From the NCBI GenBank assembly GCA_049604295.1, contig JBMYTL010000007.1, positions 8,172-72,171 on the forward strand: a stretch of DNA of 64,000 nucleotides, written 5' to 3'. This DNA comes from Gammaproteobacteria bacterium. Lineage in GTDB: Bacteria; Pseudomonadota; Gammaproteobacteria; JACKNK01. The notes under the pieces were generated by a model. The model had not been told where the DNA came from. It made no database searches and saw nothing but the letters and a program-made list of their open reading frames with translations. Positions 40,528-54,356 of the stretch are shown here, in pieces. Position 1 is the stretch's first letter. Every line of letters begins with the position of its first letter. A program made the translations under genes and the position numbers.

Positions 40528-41037
40528 TCAGAGCAAGCGGCGACGCAACTGCGTGAACAGCGAGGCCCCGAGCTGGGCCTGCAGGCGGGCGGTCAACTCG
40601 TCCCGTTCGGTTTCAGTGGCCAGGGGATCGGCCGGATTCGAACGGTAGCGGCCAGTGACGAGCACCGTACCGGCAATCGGCTCCCGCCCCTCCAGAAGCA
40701 GGCGATAACGAACCGAGTTGCGCACCCGGTATTCCACGGCGACCCCGGTGTTGTTCGTGGTCACGTCGTCTCGCTGCACCTCGACCTTGGACAGCTCGAG
40801 AATGCCGTCAGCCGCCTGGGGCGAGGCGACTTCCTGGCCCCCGGCACCGCGAATCTGATCACGCAGACTGCGCCGGAACTCCAGATCAGCGGGATCGGTT
40901 TGCAGGTAGATGCGTTCAAGCCCCTCGGGCAGGGCCACGGAACCCCGCAGCTGATACCCGCAGCCCACCACCAGGAAGGCCAGGGCCAGGGCCAGGCCTG
41001 CACGACAGATGAAGGCGAGGTGCGTTCGGCGATTCAT
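40528..41037 (-). CDS. lptE: LPS-assembly lipoprotein LptE
   Basis: Lipobox LVVGCGYQLRG from ATG 41037. Follows leuS as in most proteobacteria. Confidence 0.82.
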   Translation of the reverse strand: MNRRTHLAFICRAGLALALAFLVVGCGYQLRGSVALPEGLERIYLQTDPADLEFRRSLRDQIRGAGGQEVASPQAADGILELSKVEVQRDDVTTNNTGVAVEYRVRNSVRYRLLLEGREPIAGTVLVTGRYRSNPADPLATETERDELTARLQAQLGASLFTQLRRRLL

Positions 41038-41062
41038 GATGGTTTGCAAACCCGTGCGTGGA

Positions 41063-43792
<2,730 letters not shown>

Positions 43793-43917
43793 TCAATCAC
43801 CATGGGCGTGCGCCTTGGCGGCAACCCTGGAATCCCTGATATTTCATGGACCGGCCCGCGGTCATCATTGCCTTTGATAATCAGCCCCGCTCGAAGCCTT
43901 GAAATCACAATTCCAAG

Positions 43918-44604
43918 ATGCACGCTTCCGACGCCCCACCATTGAGCACGCCGCGCAGCCGGTCATTGAGGATCTGGATCCTGTCGCTTGGGCTGTGCAC
44001 GCTGATTGCGGCGGTTCCCGGCCATGCGGACGCGACTTCCGGCCTGTTCGGCACCACCGAGAAACGCCACCCACGGAACATCAAGCTGTTCCCCAAATGG
44101 GAGGGCATGCGCGAGCGCGCCAAGTCCGACCCGGTCCGGATCCCCGCCTGCAAGTCCAGCTTCTTCACCAGCTGCTTTCAGAAGGACCTGGACGAGCGCC
44201 TCCCTGAGATACGCAAACTCAGCCGACGCGAACAGGTCGAATCGGTACACCAATGGGTCAACCGCATGCAGTACGAGCGCGACAGTACGACCTACGGTGA
44301 ACGCGATTACTGGGCGGCACGTTATGAATCCCAGGAAAAAGACCAGGGGGATTGCGAGGACTACGCGATTTCCAAGTATTACGTGCTCAGGAAACTCGGC
44401 TTTCCCGTAAGCAGCCTGCGCATAGCCGGCGTCAAGGACACCAACCTCAATGTGGGCCATGCTGTCCTGATCGTCTACCTCGATGGTGAGGTCCTGGTGC
44501 TCGACAACCGCATCAAGCACGTCGTCACCGAAGACCGGATCGTTCATTACCTGCCCGTCTACACCATCAATGAAGAGAACTGGTGGAGGCACCGCCCACG
44601 TTGA
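43918..44604 (+). CDS. Bacterial transglutaminase-like cysteine proteinase (BTLCP / LapG-like, DUF920)
   Basis: Signal peptide LRIWILSLGLCTLIAAVPGHA. Cys-His-Asp pattern GDCEDYAISKYYVL ... VGHAVLIVYLDGEVLVLDNR. Confidence 0.82.
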   Translation: MHASDAPPLSTPRSRSLRIWILSLGLCTLIAAVPGHADATSGLFGTTEKRHPRNIKLFPKWEGMRERAKSDPVRIPACKSSFFTSCFQKDLDERLPEIRKLSRREQVESVHQWVNRMQYERDSTTYGERDYWAARYESQEKDQGDCEDYAISKYYVLRKLGFPVSSLRIAGVKDTNLNVGHAVLIVYLDGEVLVLDNRIKHVVTEDRIVHYLPVYTINEENWWRHRPR

Positions 44605-44632
44605 CCCATCCGGGGTCCCGGGAACCCATGTC

Positions 44633-46711
44633 ATGACCGAACATATCGACACATCCTCGAAACGCTCAATGCTTCTGGCCTGGGGTGGACTGCTGGTCTT
44701 TCTCATCGCGGGGTTTGTCGCGGTCACCGTGGTTGCCGAGCGCAATTTCCAACAAAGCCTGCTGTCCTGGCAGGACCGCTTGGGGCTCGTACTGGACAGC
44801 CGCAATGAATCCATCGATCGCTGGCTCACCCGGCAGGTTTCAACGGTCAACGACCTTGCTTCAAACGGTTCACTGCAGTTGTACCTGGCGTTGCTCAGCT
44901 CGGGGGACGGACTCGAGCAGGGCGAAGACTCCGCGGAACTTGTCTACCTGAAGGACATGCTGGTCCTGGCGGCCCATCGGGGAGGCTTCGCCGTGGATCA
45001 GAGCACCCGCGTCATCAATGCCAATGTCGATGCCACACCACTGGCCGGTATGGCGTTGATCGATGCCAATGGCCGAATCCAGGTCGCCACCCCTGATATG
45101 CCCGTACTCGGCCCGGAGGCCCGGGCCGCCATTGAAGAGGCGCGCACCCTGCGACGGCCCGTGCAGATCGACATCCACAAAAACATCGTCGGCACCCCTT
45201 CCATGGGGTTCGTCGTCCCCGTGACCGCGATTCAGGACCCGGAGGCAATCGTCGGCGTGGTCGTCGGCATCAAACCCATCGCGGGGGAACTCTACCCTTT
45301 GCTGCGTCAACGGGGCCTGACCACGCGCACCCATGAGATTTACCTGGTCCGGGCCCGTGACCGGATCATCGAATACATCAGCCCGTTGAGTGATGACACG
45401 CCGCCACTGACCCGCCAACTGGGCATGGACACCCCCGGGCTTGCCGCGGCTTTCGCCATCGCGAACACCGGGCGGTTCACCCGGGGTGTCGATTACCTCG
45501 GGCGCAAGGTACTGGTGTCATCCCGGGCCGTGGACCGGACCGATTGGGTGCTGGTCCATACCATCACCGCGGAGGAAGCCCTGGCCGACGCGCAGCAACG
45601 GCGCCGCGACCTGTACGCCGGCCTGGTCCTGGTTCTGCTTGTTCTCTCTGTCTCTCTGGTCGCCGCCTGGCGACATGGCTCGAGCGTGCGCCATCGCATG
45701 AGCGCAGATGCGCTGCGCACCACCAATGAGGAAATCGAGGCCCAGCGAGCCCTGCTCAAGAGCGTCACCGAGAACACCAACGACTTCATCCTCATACTCG
45801 ACGCCGAGGGTGGGATCGTGTTCGCCAACGCAGCTACCGGCAGGCAATGCGGGACTGTCCCCTTGGAGCTGGTGGGCAAACCCATGGCAACGGTTTTCGG
45901 CCGACACGTGGCCGCGCAGTTGGAGGGCGCGGCCGATCATGCCGCGAGCGCACATCACGAACAGACCCTCACGACCTCGATCTGCACGAAGGATGAGCGC
46001 ACGTTCGCGGTGAGTGCGTCACCCATCCCCGACGGTCGCACACTGATGGTCCTGCGTGATGTCACCGATCTGCTGGCCGCCGAGGAACGCAGTCAACGCA
46101 CCATGTGGCAGCTGGTGCAGACCCTGGCCGGGGTGCTCGATTCCCACGACCCGCACTCCTCCAATCACTCACGCAAGGTCGTCGCGGTGGCCAACGCCAT
46201 CGGTGAGGAACTGCACCTTTCAGAGCAGGACATGGATTCCCTGCGCATCGCGGCGAACCTGATGAATATCGGCAAAATCACCATTCCCGCCGAGATATTG
46301 AGCAAGGAAACCAAGCTCTCGGACGAGGAATTCGCCCTGATCCGCAACGCCATCCCGAACGCAGCGAAGATGCTTTCGGGAGTCGAGTTCGACGGTCCGG
46401 TGGTGGAAGCGATCGCCCAGAGCACCGAACTGCTCAACGGCAAAGGGTATCCACTGGGTTTGTCCGGCGACCAGATCATCATCCACGCCCGCATCCTCGC
46501 GATTGCCAATGCCTTTGTCGCCATGACCCATCCGCGCTCGTTCCGGCGCGCCATGGACCCGGATAAGGCCTCGGGCATCCTCATGCAGGAAACCGACGAG
46601 AAGTACGACCGTCGGGTCGTAGCCGCCCTGATCGTGGCCCTGGGCGGGGAAACCGGGGCGCGATGGCGCGAGGAATGGATGGGCGCGGAGCACACCCGGG
46701 ACGCCGACTGA
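44633..46711 (+). CDS. Membrane sensor: TM, ~285-aa periplasmic domain, TM, PAS, degenerate HD-GYP domain
   Basis: TM1 LLAWGGLLVFLIAGFVAVTVVA, TM2 LYAGLVLVLLVLSVSLVAAW. PAS (LLKSVTENTNDFILILDAEGGIVFAN). HD-GYP-like C-terminus with GKGYPLGL retained but HDIGK read as MNIGK and HHE as STE. Confidence 0.8.
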   Translation: MTEHIDTSSKRSMLLAWGGLLVFLIAGFVAVTVVAERNFQQSLLSWQDRLGLVLDSRNESIDRWLTRQVSTVNDLASNGSLQLYLALLSSGDGLEQGEDSAELVYLKDMLVLAAHRGGFAVDQSTRVINANVDATPLAGMALIDANGRIQVATPDMPVLGPEARAAIEEARTLRRPVQIDIHKNIVGTPSMGFVVPVTAIQDPEAIVGVVVGIKPIAGELYPLLRQRGLTTRTHEIYLVRARDRIIEYISPLSDDTPPLTRQLGMDTPGLAAAFAIANTGRFTRGVDYLGRKVLVSSRAVDRTDWVLVHTITAEEALADAQQRRRDLYAGLVLVLLVLSVSLVAAWRHGSSVRHRMSADALRTTNEEIEAQRALLKSVTENTNDFILILDAEGGIVFANAATGRQCGTVPLELVGKPMATVFGRHVAAQLEGAADHAASAHHEQTLTTSICTKDERTFAVSASPIPDGRTLMVLRDVTDLLAAEERSQRTMWQLVQTLAGVLDSHDPHSSNHSRKVVAVANAIGEELHLSEQDMDSLRIAANLMNIGKITIPAEILSKETKLSDEEFALIRNAIPNAAKMLSGVEFDGPVVEAIAQSTELLNGKGYPLGLSGDQIIIHARILAIANAFVAMTHPRSFRRAMDPDKASGILMQETDEKYDRRVVAALIVALGGETGARWREEWMGAEHTRDAD

Positions 46712-46808
46712 GGTCGACGGCCGCCGCCCCATCGACCGGGCGCGATAGCAACTTGACCGGCACGGCGCCTCCTGCTGGCGACGTCGATTGATGCAGTGCA
46801 TCATCGAC

Positions 46809-46856
46809 GCCTGCCCGCTTTGGCCCCTGCCCGCTTTGGCCCCTGTCCCCTTCGGC
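46809..46856. repeat. 16-bp tandem repeat x3 (cctgcccgctttggcc x2 plus degenerate cctgtccccttcggcc)
   Basis: Read directly, ending 14 bp before the AEC transporter start codon. Confidence 0.95.
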
Positions 46857-46869
46857 CTGACGCCCTTCC

Positions 46870-47748
46870 ATGACCGCCACCATCATCAGCATTGTCTTTC
46901 CGATCTTCGCCCTGGTGCTGATCGGCTTCCTGTACGCGCGCAAGCACGCGCCGGACATGGCGGCAGCCAACAAGCTGAACCTGGACATCTTCACCCCGGC
47001 GCTGATCTTCGCCGTCCTCTCGGGCAAGGATTTCGACCCGGGCCGCTACGAGAGCCTGGCCATCGCGGCCACCGCGGTCGTGCTGGGGTCCGGGCTCCTA
47101 GCCTGGCCCGTCTCCAGGCTCATGGGCTTCCAACACCGCACCTTCATCCCGCCCATGATGTTCAACAACTCCGGCAACATGGGGCTGCCCCTGACGGTGT
47201 TCGCGTTTGGCGACCAGGCCCTGGCCGCGGCCGTGATCCTGTTCATGGTGGAAAACACCCTGCATTTCACCGTCGGCAACTACATGCTCACGGGACGGGC
47301 GAACCCCCTGGTCCTGCTGCGCATGCCCATGTTGATCGCGACGTTTGCCGGACTCATCGTCGGCTACTTCAAGATTCCCATTCCCGGCCCCCTGCACGAA
47401 AGCATCGAGCTGCTTGGGCAGATCGCCATCCCCCTTATGCTCTTCAGCCTGGGCGTGCGCATGACCGGGGTGGATCTGCGCGATTGGAAGATCGGCCTGG
47501 CCGGCGCCATCGTCTGCCCGGTCAGCGGCCTCGCCATCGCATGGGCGGCGGGAACGCTGCTCGACCTGCAGGGGATTCAGCTGGCGCAGCTCATCGTGTT
47601 TGGCGCCCTGCCCCCGGCTGTACTCAATTTCATGTTGGCCGAGAAGTACAACCAGGAACCACGCAAGGTCGCGTCAGTGGTCCTGCTCGGCAACCTCGCC
47701 AGTGTGGCCATCATCCCGGTGGTGCTGGGATTGGTACTGCCCCTGTAG
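46870..47748 (+). CDS. AEC (auxin efflux carrier) family transporter
   Basis: 292 aa, about 10 TM, typical MTATIISIVFPIFALVLIGFLYAR N-terminus. Confidence 0.82.
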   Translation: MTATIISIVFPIFALVLIGFLYARKHAPDMAAANKLNLDIFTPALIFAVLSGKDFDPGRYESLAIAATAVVLGSGLLAWPVSRLMGFQHRTFIPPMMFNNSGNMGLPLTVFAFGDQALAAAVILFMVENTLHFTVGNYMLTGRANPLVLLRMPMLIATFAGLIVGYFKIPIPGPLHESIELLGQIAIPLMLFSLGVRMTGVDLRDWKIGLAGAIVCPVSGLAIAWAAGTLLDLQGIQLAQLIVFGALPPAVLNFMLAEKYNQEPRKVASVVLLGNLASVAIIPVVLGLVLPL

Positions 47749-47910
47749 GCGACCACCCCCTCCCTACACTCAACGGTGGCGCGCCGGGATATGACAAGAC
47801 TATTAAATGCTTTGTATTAGATATTCTTATCTCCCGAGTTCCCAATACTGATTGGCATCTCTCCACTGAGCGGATCATAACTTCGGCTTCACCCTTGCCG
47901 TGGAGCTCCC

Positions 47911-49956
47911 ATGACCGCCGATCTCGCATTCGCCCTTATCTGTGGCGCGCTCGCCATCGCGTACGGCATCGCATCCGTACGTTGGATTCTCTCCAAGCCC
48001 ACGGGCAACGCACGCATGACGGAGATATCCAATGCAGTGCAGGAGGGTGCCCAGGCCTACCTGAACCGGCAGTACACCACCATCGGCATGGCCGGCGCGG
48101 TGCTGTTCATTCTGATCGGCCTGTTTCTCGACTGGGCCACGGCCTTCGGGTTCCTTATCGGCGCGGTATTCTCCGGTGCAGCGGGTTATGTCGGCATGAA
48201 CATCTCGGTACGGGCCAATGTCCGCACCGCCCAGGCCGCGCACGACGGCATGGCCGCCGCCTTCAACGTCGCCTTTCGGGGCGGGGCTATCACCGGTTTG
48301 TTGGTGGTCGGCCTGGGGCTTATCGGGGTCGCCGGGTACTACGCCCTGCTGACCGCCTTCGGTGTTGAGCAGAGCGACGCCATGCACGCCCTGGTCGGGC
48401 TCGGCTTCGGGGGCTCACTGATCTCCATCTTCGCGCGCCTGGGCGGCGGCATCTTCACCAAGGGTGCCGACGTGGGTGCCGACATCGTGGGCAAGGTCGA
48501 AGCGGGAATTCCTGAGGATGACCCACGCAACCCGGCCGTCATCGCGGACAACGTCGGGGACAACGTCGGGGATTGCGCGGGCATGGCCGCGGATCTGTTC
48601 GAGACCTACGCCGTCACGATCATCGCCACCATGCTGCTCGGTGGCTTGACCTTCGCGGGTTCCGCCAGCTACTCCGGCATCGTGTACCCGCTGGTTCTGG
48701 GTGGGGTTTCCATTCTCGCGTCGATCATCGGCACCTTCTTCGTCAAGGTGCACCGGCGCGGCAAAATCATGAATGCGCTCTACAAGGGCCTGATCGTCTC
48801 CGGCGTGTTGGCAGCCATCGCCTTTTACTTCGTGACAGACAAGATGATGGCCGACAACGGCCTCTACAGCGTGGGCGGTCTGTATGGCTCCGCCCTGATC
48901 GGTCTGATCCTGACCGCCGCCCTGGTGGTGATCACCGAGTACTACACGGCCACCGAATACAGCCCGGTACGGCATATAGCCAAGGCATCAACCACGGGCG
49001 ACGGCACCAACGTCATCGCCGGTCTTGGCGTGTCCATGCGCTCCACCGCCCTGCCCGTGCTGGCCATCTGCGCGGCCATCCTGATCTCCTACAACCTCGC
49101 CGGTCTCTACGGCATCGCCATCGCCGCGACTTCCATGCTCTCCATGACCGGCATCATTGTCGCCTTGGACGCCTACGGCCCGATCACCGACAACGCCGGT
49201 GGTATCGCCGAAATGGCGGAGCTGGACCAATCCATTCGCGACATCACCGACCCCCTGGACGCGGTGGGCAACACCACCAAGGCGGTCACCAAGGGTTATG
49301 CCATCGGATCCGCCGGTCTCGCCGCACTCGTCCTTTTTGCCGACTTCACCCACTCGCTTTCCGCCGCGGGCAAGGACCTGGTGTTCCGGCTGGATGATCC
49401 CGCCGTACTCATCGGCCTGCTCATCGGGGGCCTGATCCCCTTCCTGTTCGGGGCCATGGCCATGGAAGCCGTGGGCCGCGCGGCCGGCGGGATCGTCAAC
49501 GAGGTCCGCCGTCAGTTCCGTGCCAAGCCAGGAATCATGGACTACAGCGAGAAGCCCGATTACTCCCGGGCCGTGGACATGCTCACCCGTGCCGCCATTC
49601 GGGAAATGGTGGTTCCCTCCCTGCTTCCGGTACTTGCGCCCATCGTGGTCGCCTTCGGCATGGCATGGCTGCTCGGTGGTGATGCAGGCCCCCTGGCCCT
49701 GGGTGGACTACTCATCGGCACCATCGTCACCGGCCTGTTTGTGGCCATATCCATGACCACCGGCGGAGGCGCTTGGGACAACGCCAAGAAATACATCGAG
49801 GACGGCCACCACGGAGGCAAGGGCTCCGATGCCCACAAGGCCGCCGTGACCGGTGACACCGTGGGCGACCCCTACAAGGACACCGCGGGCCCCGCGGTGA
49901 ACCCCCTGATCAAGATCATCAACATCGTCGCCCTGATGCTGGTGCCCCTGCTCTGA
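47911..49956 (+). CDS. hppA: Membrane-bound proton-translocating pyrophosphatase (K+-independent type)
   Basis: 681 aa with [59 protein letters not shown] (Lys in GNTTKA marks the K+-independent class), [13 protein letters not shown]. Confidence 0.96.
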   Translation: MTADLAFALICGALAIAYGIASVRWILSKPTGNARMTEISNAVQEGAQAYLNRQYTTIGMAGAVLFILIGLFLDWATAFGFLIGAVFSGAAGYVGMNISVRANVRTAQAAHDGMAAAFNVAFRGGAITGLLVVGLGLIGVAGYYALLTAFGVEQSDAMHALVGLGFGGSLISIFARLGGGIFTKGADVGADIVGKVEAGIPEDDPRNPAVIADNVGDNVGDCAGMAADLFETYAVTIIATMLLGGLTFAGSASYSGIVYPLVLGGVSILASIIGTFFVKVHRRGKIMNALYKGLIVSGVLAAIAFYFVTDKMMADNGLYSVGGLYGSALIGLILTAALVVITEYYTATEYSPVRHIAKASTTGDGTNVIAGLGVSMRSTALPVLAICAAILISYNLAGLYGIAIAATSMLSMTGIIVALDAYGPITDNAGGIAEMAELDQSIRDITDPLDAVGNTTKAVTKGYAIGSAGLAALVLFADFTHSLSAAGKDLVFRLDDPAVLIGLLIGGLIPFLFGAMAMEAVGRAAGGIVNEVRRQFRAKPGIMDYSEKPDYSRAVDMLTRAAIREMVVPSLLPVLAPIVVAFGMAWLLGGDAGPLALGGLLIGTIVTGLFVAISMTTGGGAWDNAKKYIEDGHHGGKGSDAHKAAVTGDTVGDPYKDTAGPAVNPLIKIINIVALMLVPLL

Positions 49957-50005
49957 CGCAACCGCACCGGGTGCGTCCATTGCGTACTCCCCCGCTCCCG
50001 AACGC

Positions 50006-50039
50006 AAAAAGCCCCCGGCGTGAAAACCGGGGGCTTTTT
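50006..50039. terminator. Bidirectional intrinsic terminator between convergent hppA and dsbC
   Basis: AAAAA-GCCCCCGG-cgtgaaaa-CCGGGGGC-TTTTT. 8-bp GC stem flanked by an A-tract and a T-tract. Confidence 0.8.
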
Positions 50040-50076
50040 GCATGGTGAGACCCTGCTGGGTATCAGCGCTTCCCGG

Positions 50077-50799
50077 TTAACCCCGGGCTGCTTCCTTGAC
50101 GATCGGCGCCAGTCGGCTGGCGGGAACATAACCCGGAATCACCTCACCATTGGGCAACACGATGGTGGGCGTGCCCGTAATGCCGAAATCGGCACCGGCA
50201 TCCTGGTTCGCCGCCACGGGATTGGCGCAGCTTTTCTGGTCAATGGGCTGACGGCTCTTCGCGAGGGACAGGGCTTCCTTGCGATCGTCCGCGCACCACA
50301 CGCCCACTGCCTTACGGAACGAGGCACTGCCCGGGGGCGTACGCGGGTACAGGATGTAGCGCACGCGAAGTCCGGCGTCGAGGTAGGACTGCAACTCATC
50401 GTGGAATTTCTGGCAGTAGCCACAATCCACATCGGTGAACACGGTGACGGTGTGGTCCGCGGGCGCATCACCGTAGCTGATCATTTCGCTCTCACTGAGC
50501 TTGTCCAGGGCCGTCTTCCTGAGTCCGTTCAAGCGTTCCTCGGCGATGTCCGCGCGACGGGCGATATCGATGATCTTCCCGTTGATGACGTATTTACCGT
50601 CCGAACTGATGTAGTAGATCTTGGTGCCCGCCACGATCTCGTGGAAACCGGGCAGGACGCTGGTGTTGACCTCATCAATCGCGCCGGGTGGGAAGTACTG
50701 GTTGAGGACTGACTGCAGGCCCTCGGGCACATCGGCGGCAAACACACCCGTGGACATCAGCAGTGCGAGCGGGGCTGCCAGGAGTTTCTTGATATTCAT
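50077..50799 (-). CDS. dsbC: Periplasmic thiol:disulfide interchange protein DsbC/DsbG family
   Basis: Signal peptide MNIKKLLAAPLALLMSTGVFA from ATG 50799. Thioredoxin active site FTDVDCGYCQKFH. Confidence 0.85.
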   Translation of the reverse strand: MNIKKLLAAPLALLMSTGVFAADVPEGLQSVLNQYFPPGAIDEVNTSVLPGFHEIVAGTKIYYISSDGKYVINGKIIDIARRADIAEERLNGLRKTALDKLSESEMISYGDAPADHTVTVFTDVDCGYCQKFHDELQSYLDAGLRVRYILYPRTPPGSASFRKAVGVWCADDRKEALSLAKSRQPIDQKSCANPVAANQDAGADFGITGTPTIVLPNGEVIPGYVPASRLAPIVKEAARG

Positions 50800-51039
50800 T
50801 GACTCGATCATTTCCGGTTGGACGCCATTCAATGGGCGCGCAGTATGCCCGCTCTCCGGGCCGGGTCCCACCGACACCCCATGCTGAATAAGGTCCGGCC
50901 TCCCCTCGCCCCCCGGGGGATGAACAGTGCCATGCGGACGACCGGACACACTCAACCCCGGAGCATCTCGGGATATGGATCGGGTGAGGATGAACACATC
51001 GAGCCACGGCCCACTGGCAGGACGAGTCAATTTAGGGTC

Positions 51040-51071
51040 AACGGGTCTATCTCTTTGGAGATAGACCCGTT
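51040..51071. repeat. Perfect inverted repeat, 14-bp arms with a 4-nt spacer (AACGGGTCTATCTC tttg GAGATAGACCCGTT)
   Basis: Read directly. No flanking T-tract on either strand, so operator or REP-like rather than a terminator. Confidence 0.85.
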
Positions 51072-51099
51072 ATAGTGCAGCGCACCATCCGACTGGTCT

Positions 51100-51114
51100 A
51101 TTGGTATTACCAAT
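51100..51114. promoter_or_regulatory. PdhR/FadR-subfamily GntR-type operator (ATTGGT-ATT-ACCAAT)
   Basis: Perfect 6+3+6 palindrome matching the E. coli PdhR box core ATTGGTnnnACCAAT. About 370 bp upstream of aceE. A GATAAT hexamer follows at 51126-51131. Confidence 0.5.
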
Positions 51115-51260
51115 TTTCCGGAAGAGATAATCGGTGCCATGACCCGCGAACCAGGGGATCGAACGAGCAACTGACATACCAGACATCGGGATACGCCCCG
51201 TAGGCCCACAAGGCCACCGGCAGTTTTTCAGCGGAGTCCAAAAGACTCCGATGTTTATCG

Positions 51261-51294
51261 GTCAAGGCACGGCAAACCCGTGCCTGACCTTTTT
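51261..51294 (+). terminator. Orphan intrinsic terminator / attenuator in the aceE upstream region
   Basis: GTCaAGGCACGG-caaac-CCGTGCCTGAC (11 bp with one bulge) followed by C-TTTTT. The U-tract is present only on the plus strand. No annotated gene ends here. Confidence 0.55.
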
Positions 51295-51485
51295 CACACC
51301 TGCCGCGGATCGGATCTCTTCGGTGTCACGCAGACTCCGCGCCAAGGCACAATCGCCCGCGTCTCCGCTTGAGCCACCCAAACAGGGCAGCCCGTGGAGG
51401 CAACCGGGACCGTGTCGTCTACGCCGGGGAACCGCGGCACCGCAAGCGCTTCATTCGCGGTGGGTTTCGAGAGGAAACCCCACCC

Positions 51486-54191
<2,706 letters not shown>

Positions 54192-54201
54192 ATCCAATAT
54201 C

Positions 54202-54339
54202 GAATCGCGAAGACGCGAAGGTCGCGAAGGGGCTGACCGAACAGGCGCCCCGGCCAGGACCGCTGTGATTCACGCCGCTTGCGCATGTGAACAGCGCCTC
54301 AGACCCCATTCCTTCGTGGCCTTCGCGCCTTCGCGGTTC
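54202..54339. repeat. Long imperfect palindromic spacer element, copy 1 (aceE-aceF spacer)
   Basis: Arms gaatcgcgaagacgcgaaggtcgcgaagg / ccttcgtggccttcgcgccttcgcggttc. Central gattcac..N..gtgaac. Homologous along its length to 56001-56138. Confidence 0.85.
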
Positions 54340-54356
54340 CAAACGAGACAAAACCA

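Noticed and set aside
46809-46840. Possible sigma-54 promoters (TGGC...GC) in the repeat ttggcccctgcccgct. Similar TGGC-containing strings occur upstream of hppA (47860 region) and aceE (51013 region).
   Set aside because: In every case the GG-to-GC spacing is off by at least one base from the GG-N10-GC rule, or the -12 GC is missing. They are not supportable by eye.
51141-51175. cgcgaaccaGGGGATCGAACgagc resembles the reverse complement of a tRNA T-arm (GGTTCGATCCCC).
   Set aside because: The flanking bases cannot form the T-stem, acceptor stem or anticodon arm on either strand. At best it is a decayed fragment and cannot be supported as a tRNA or att site.
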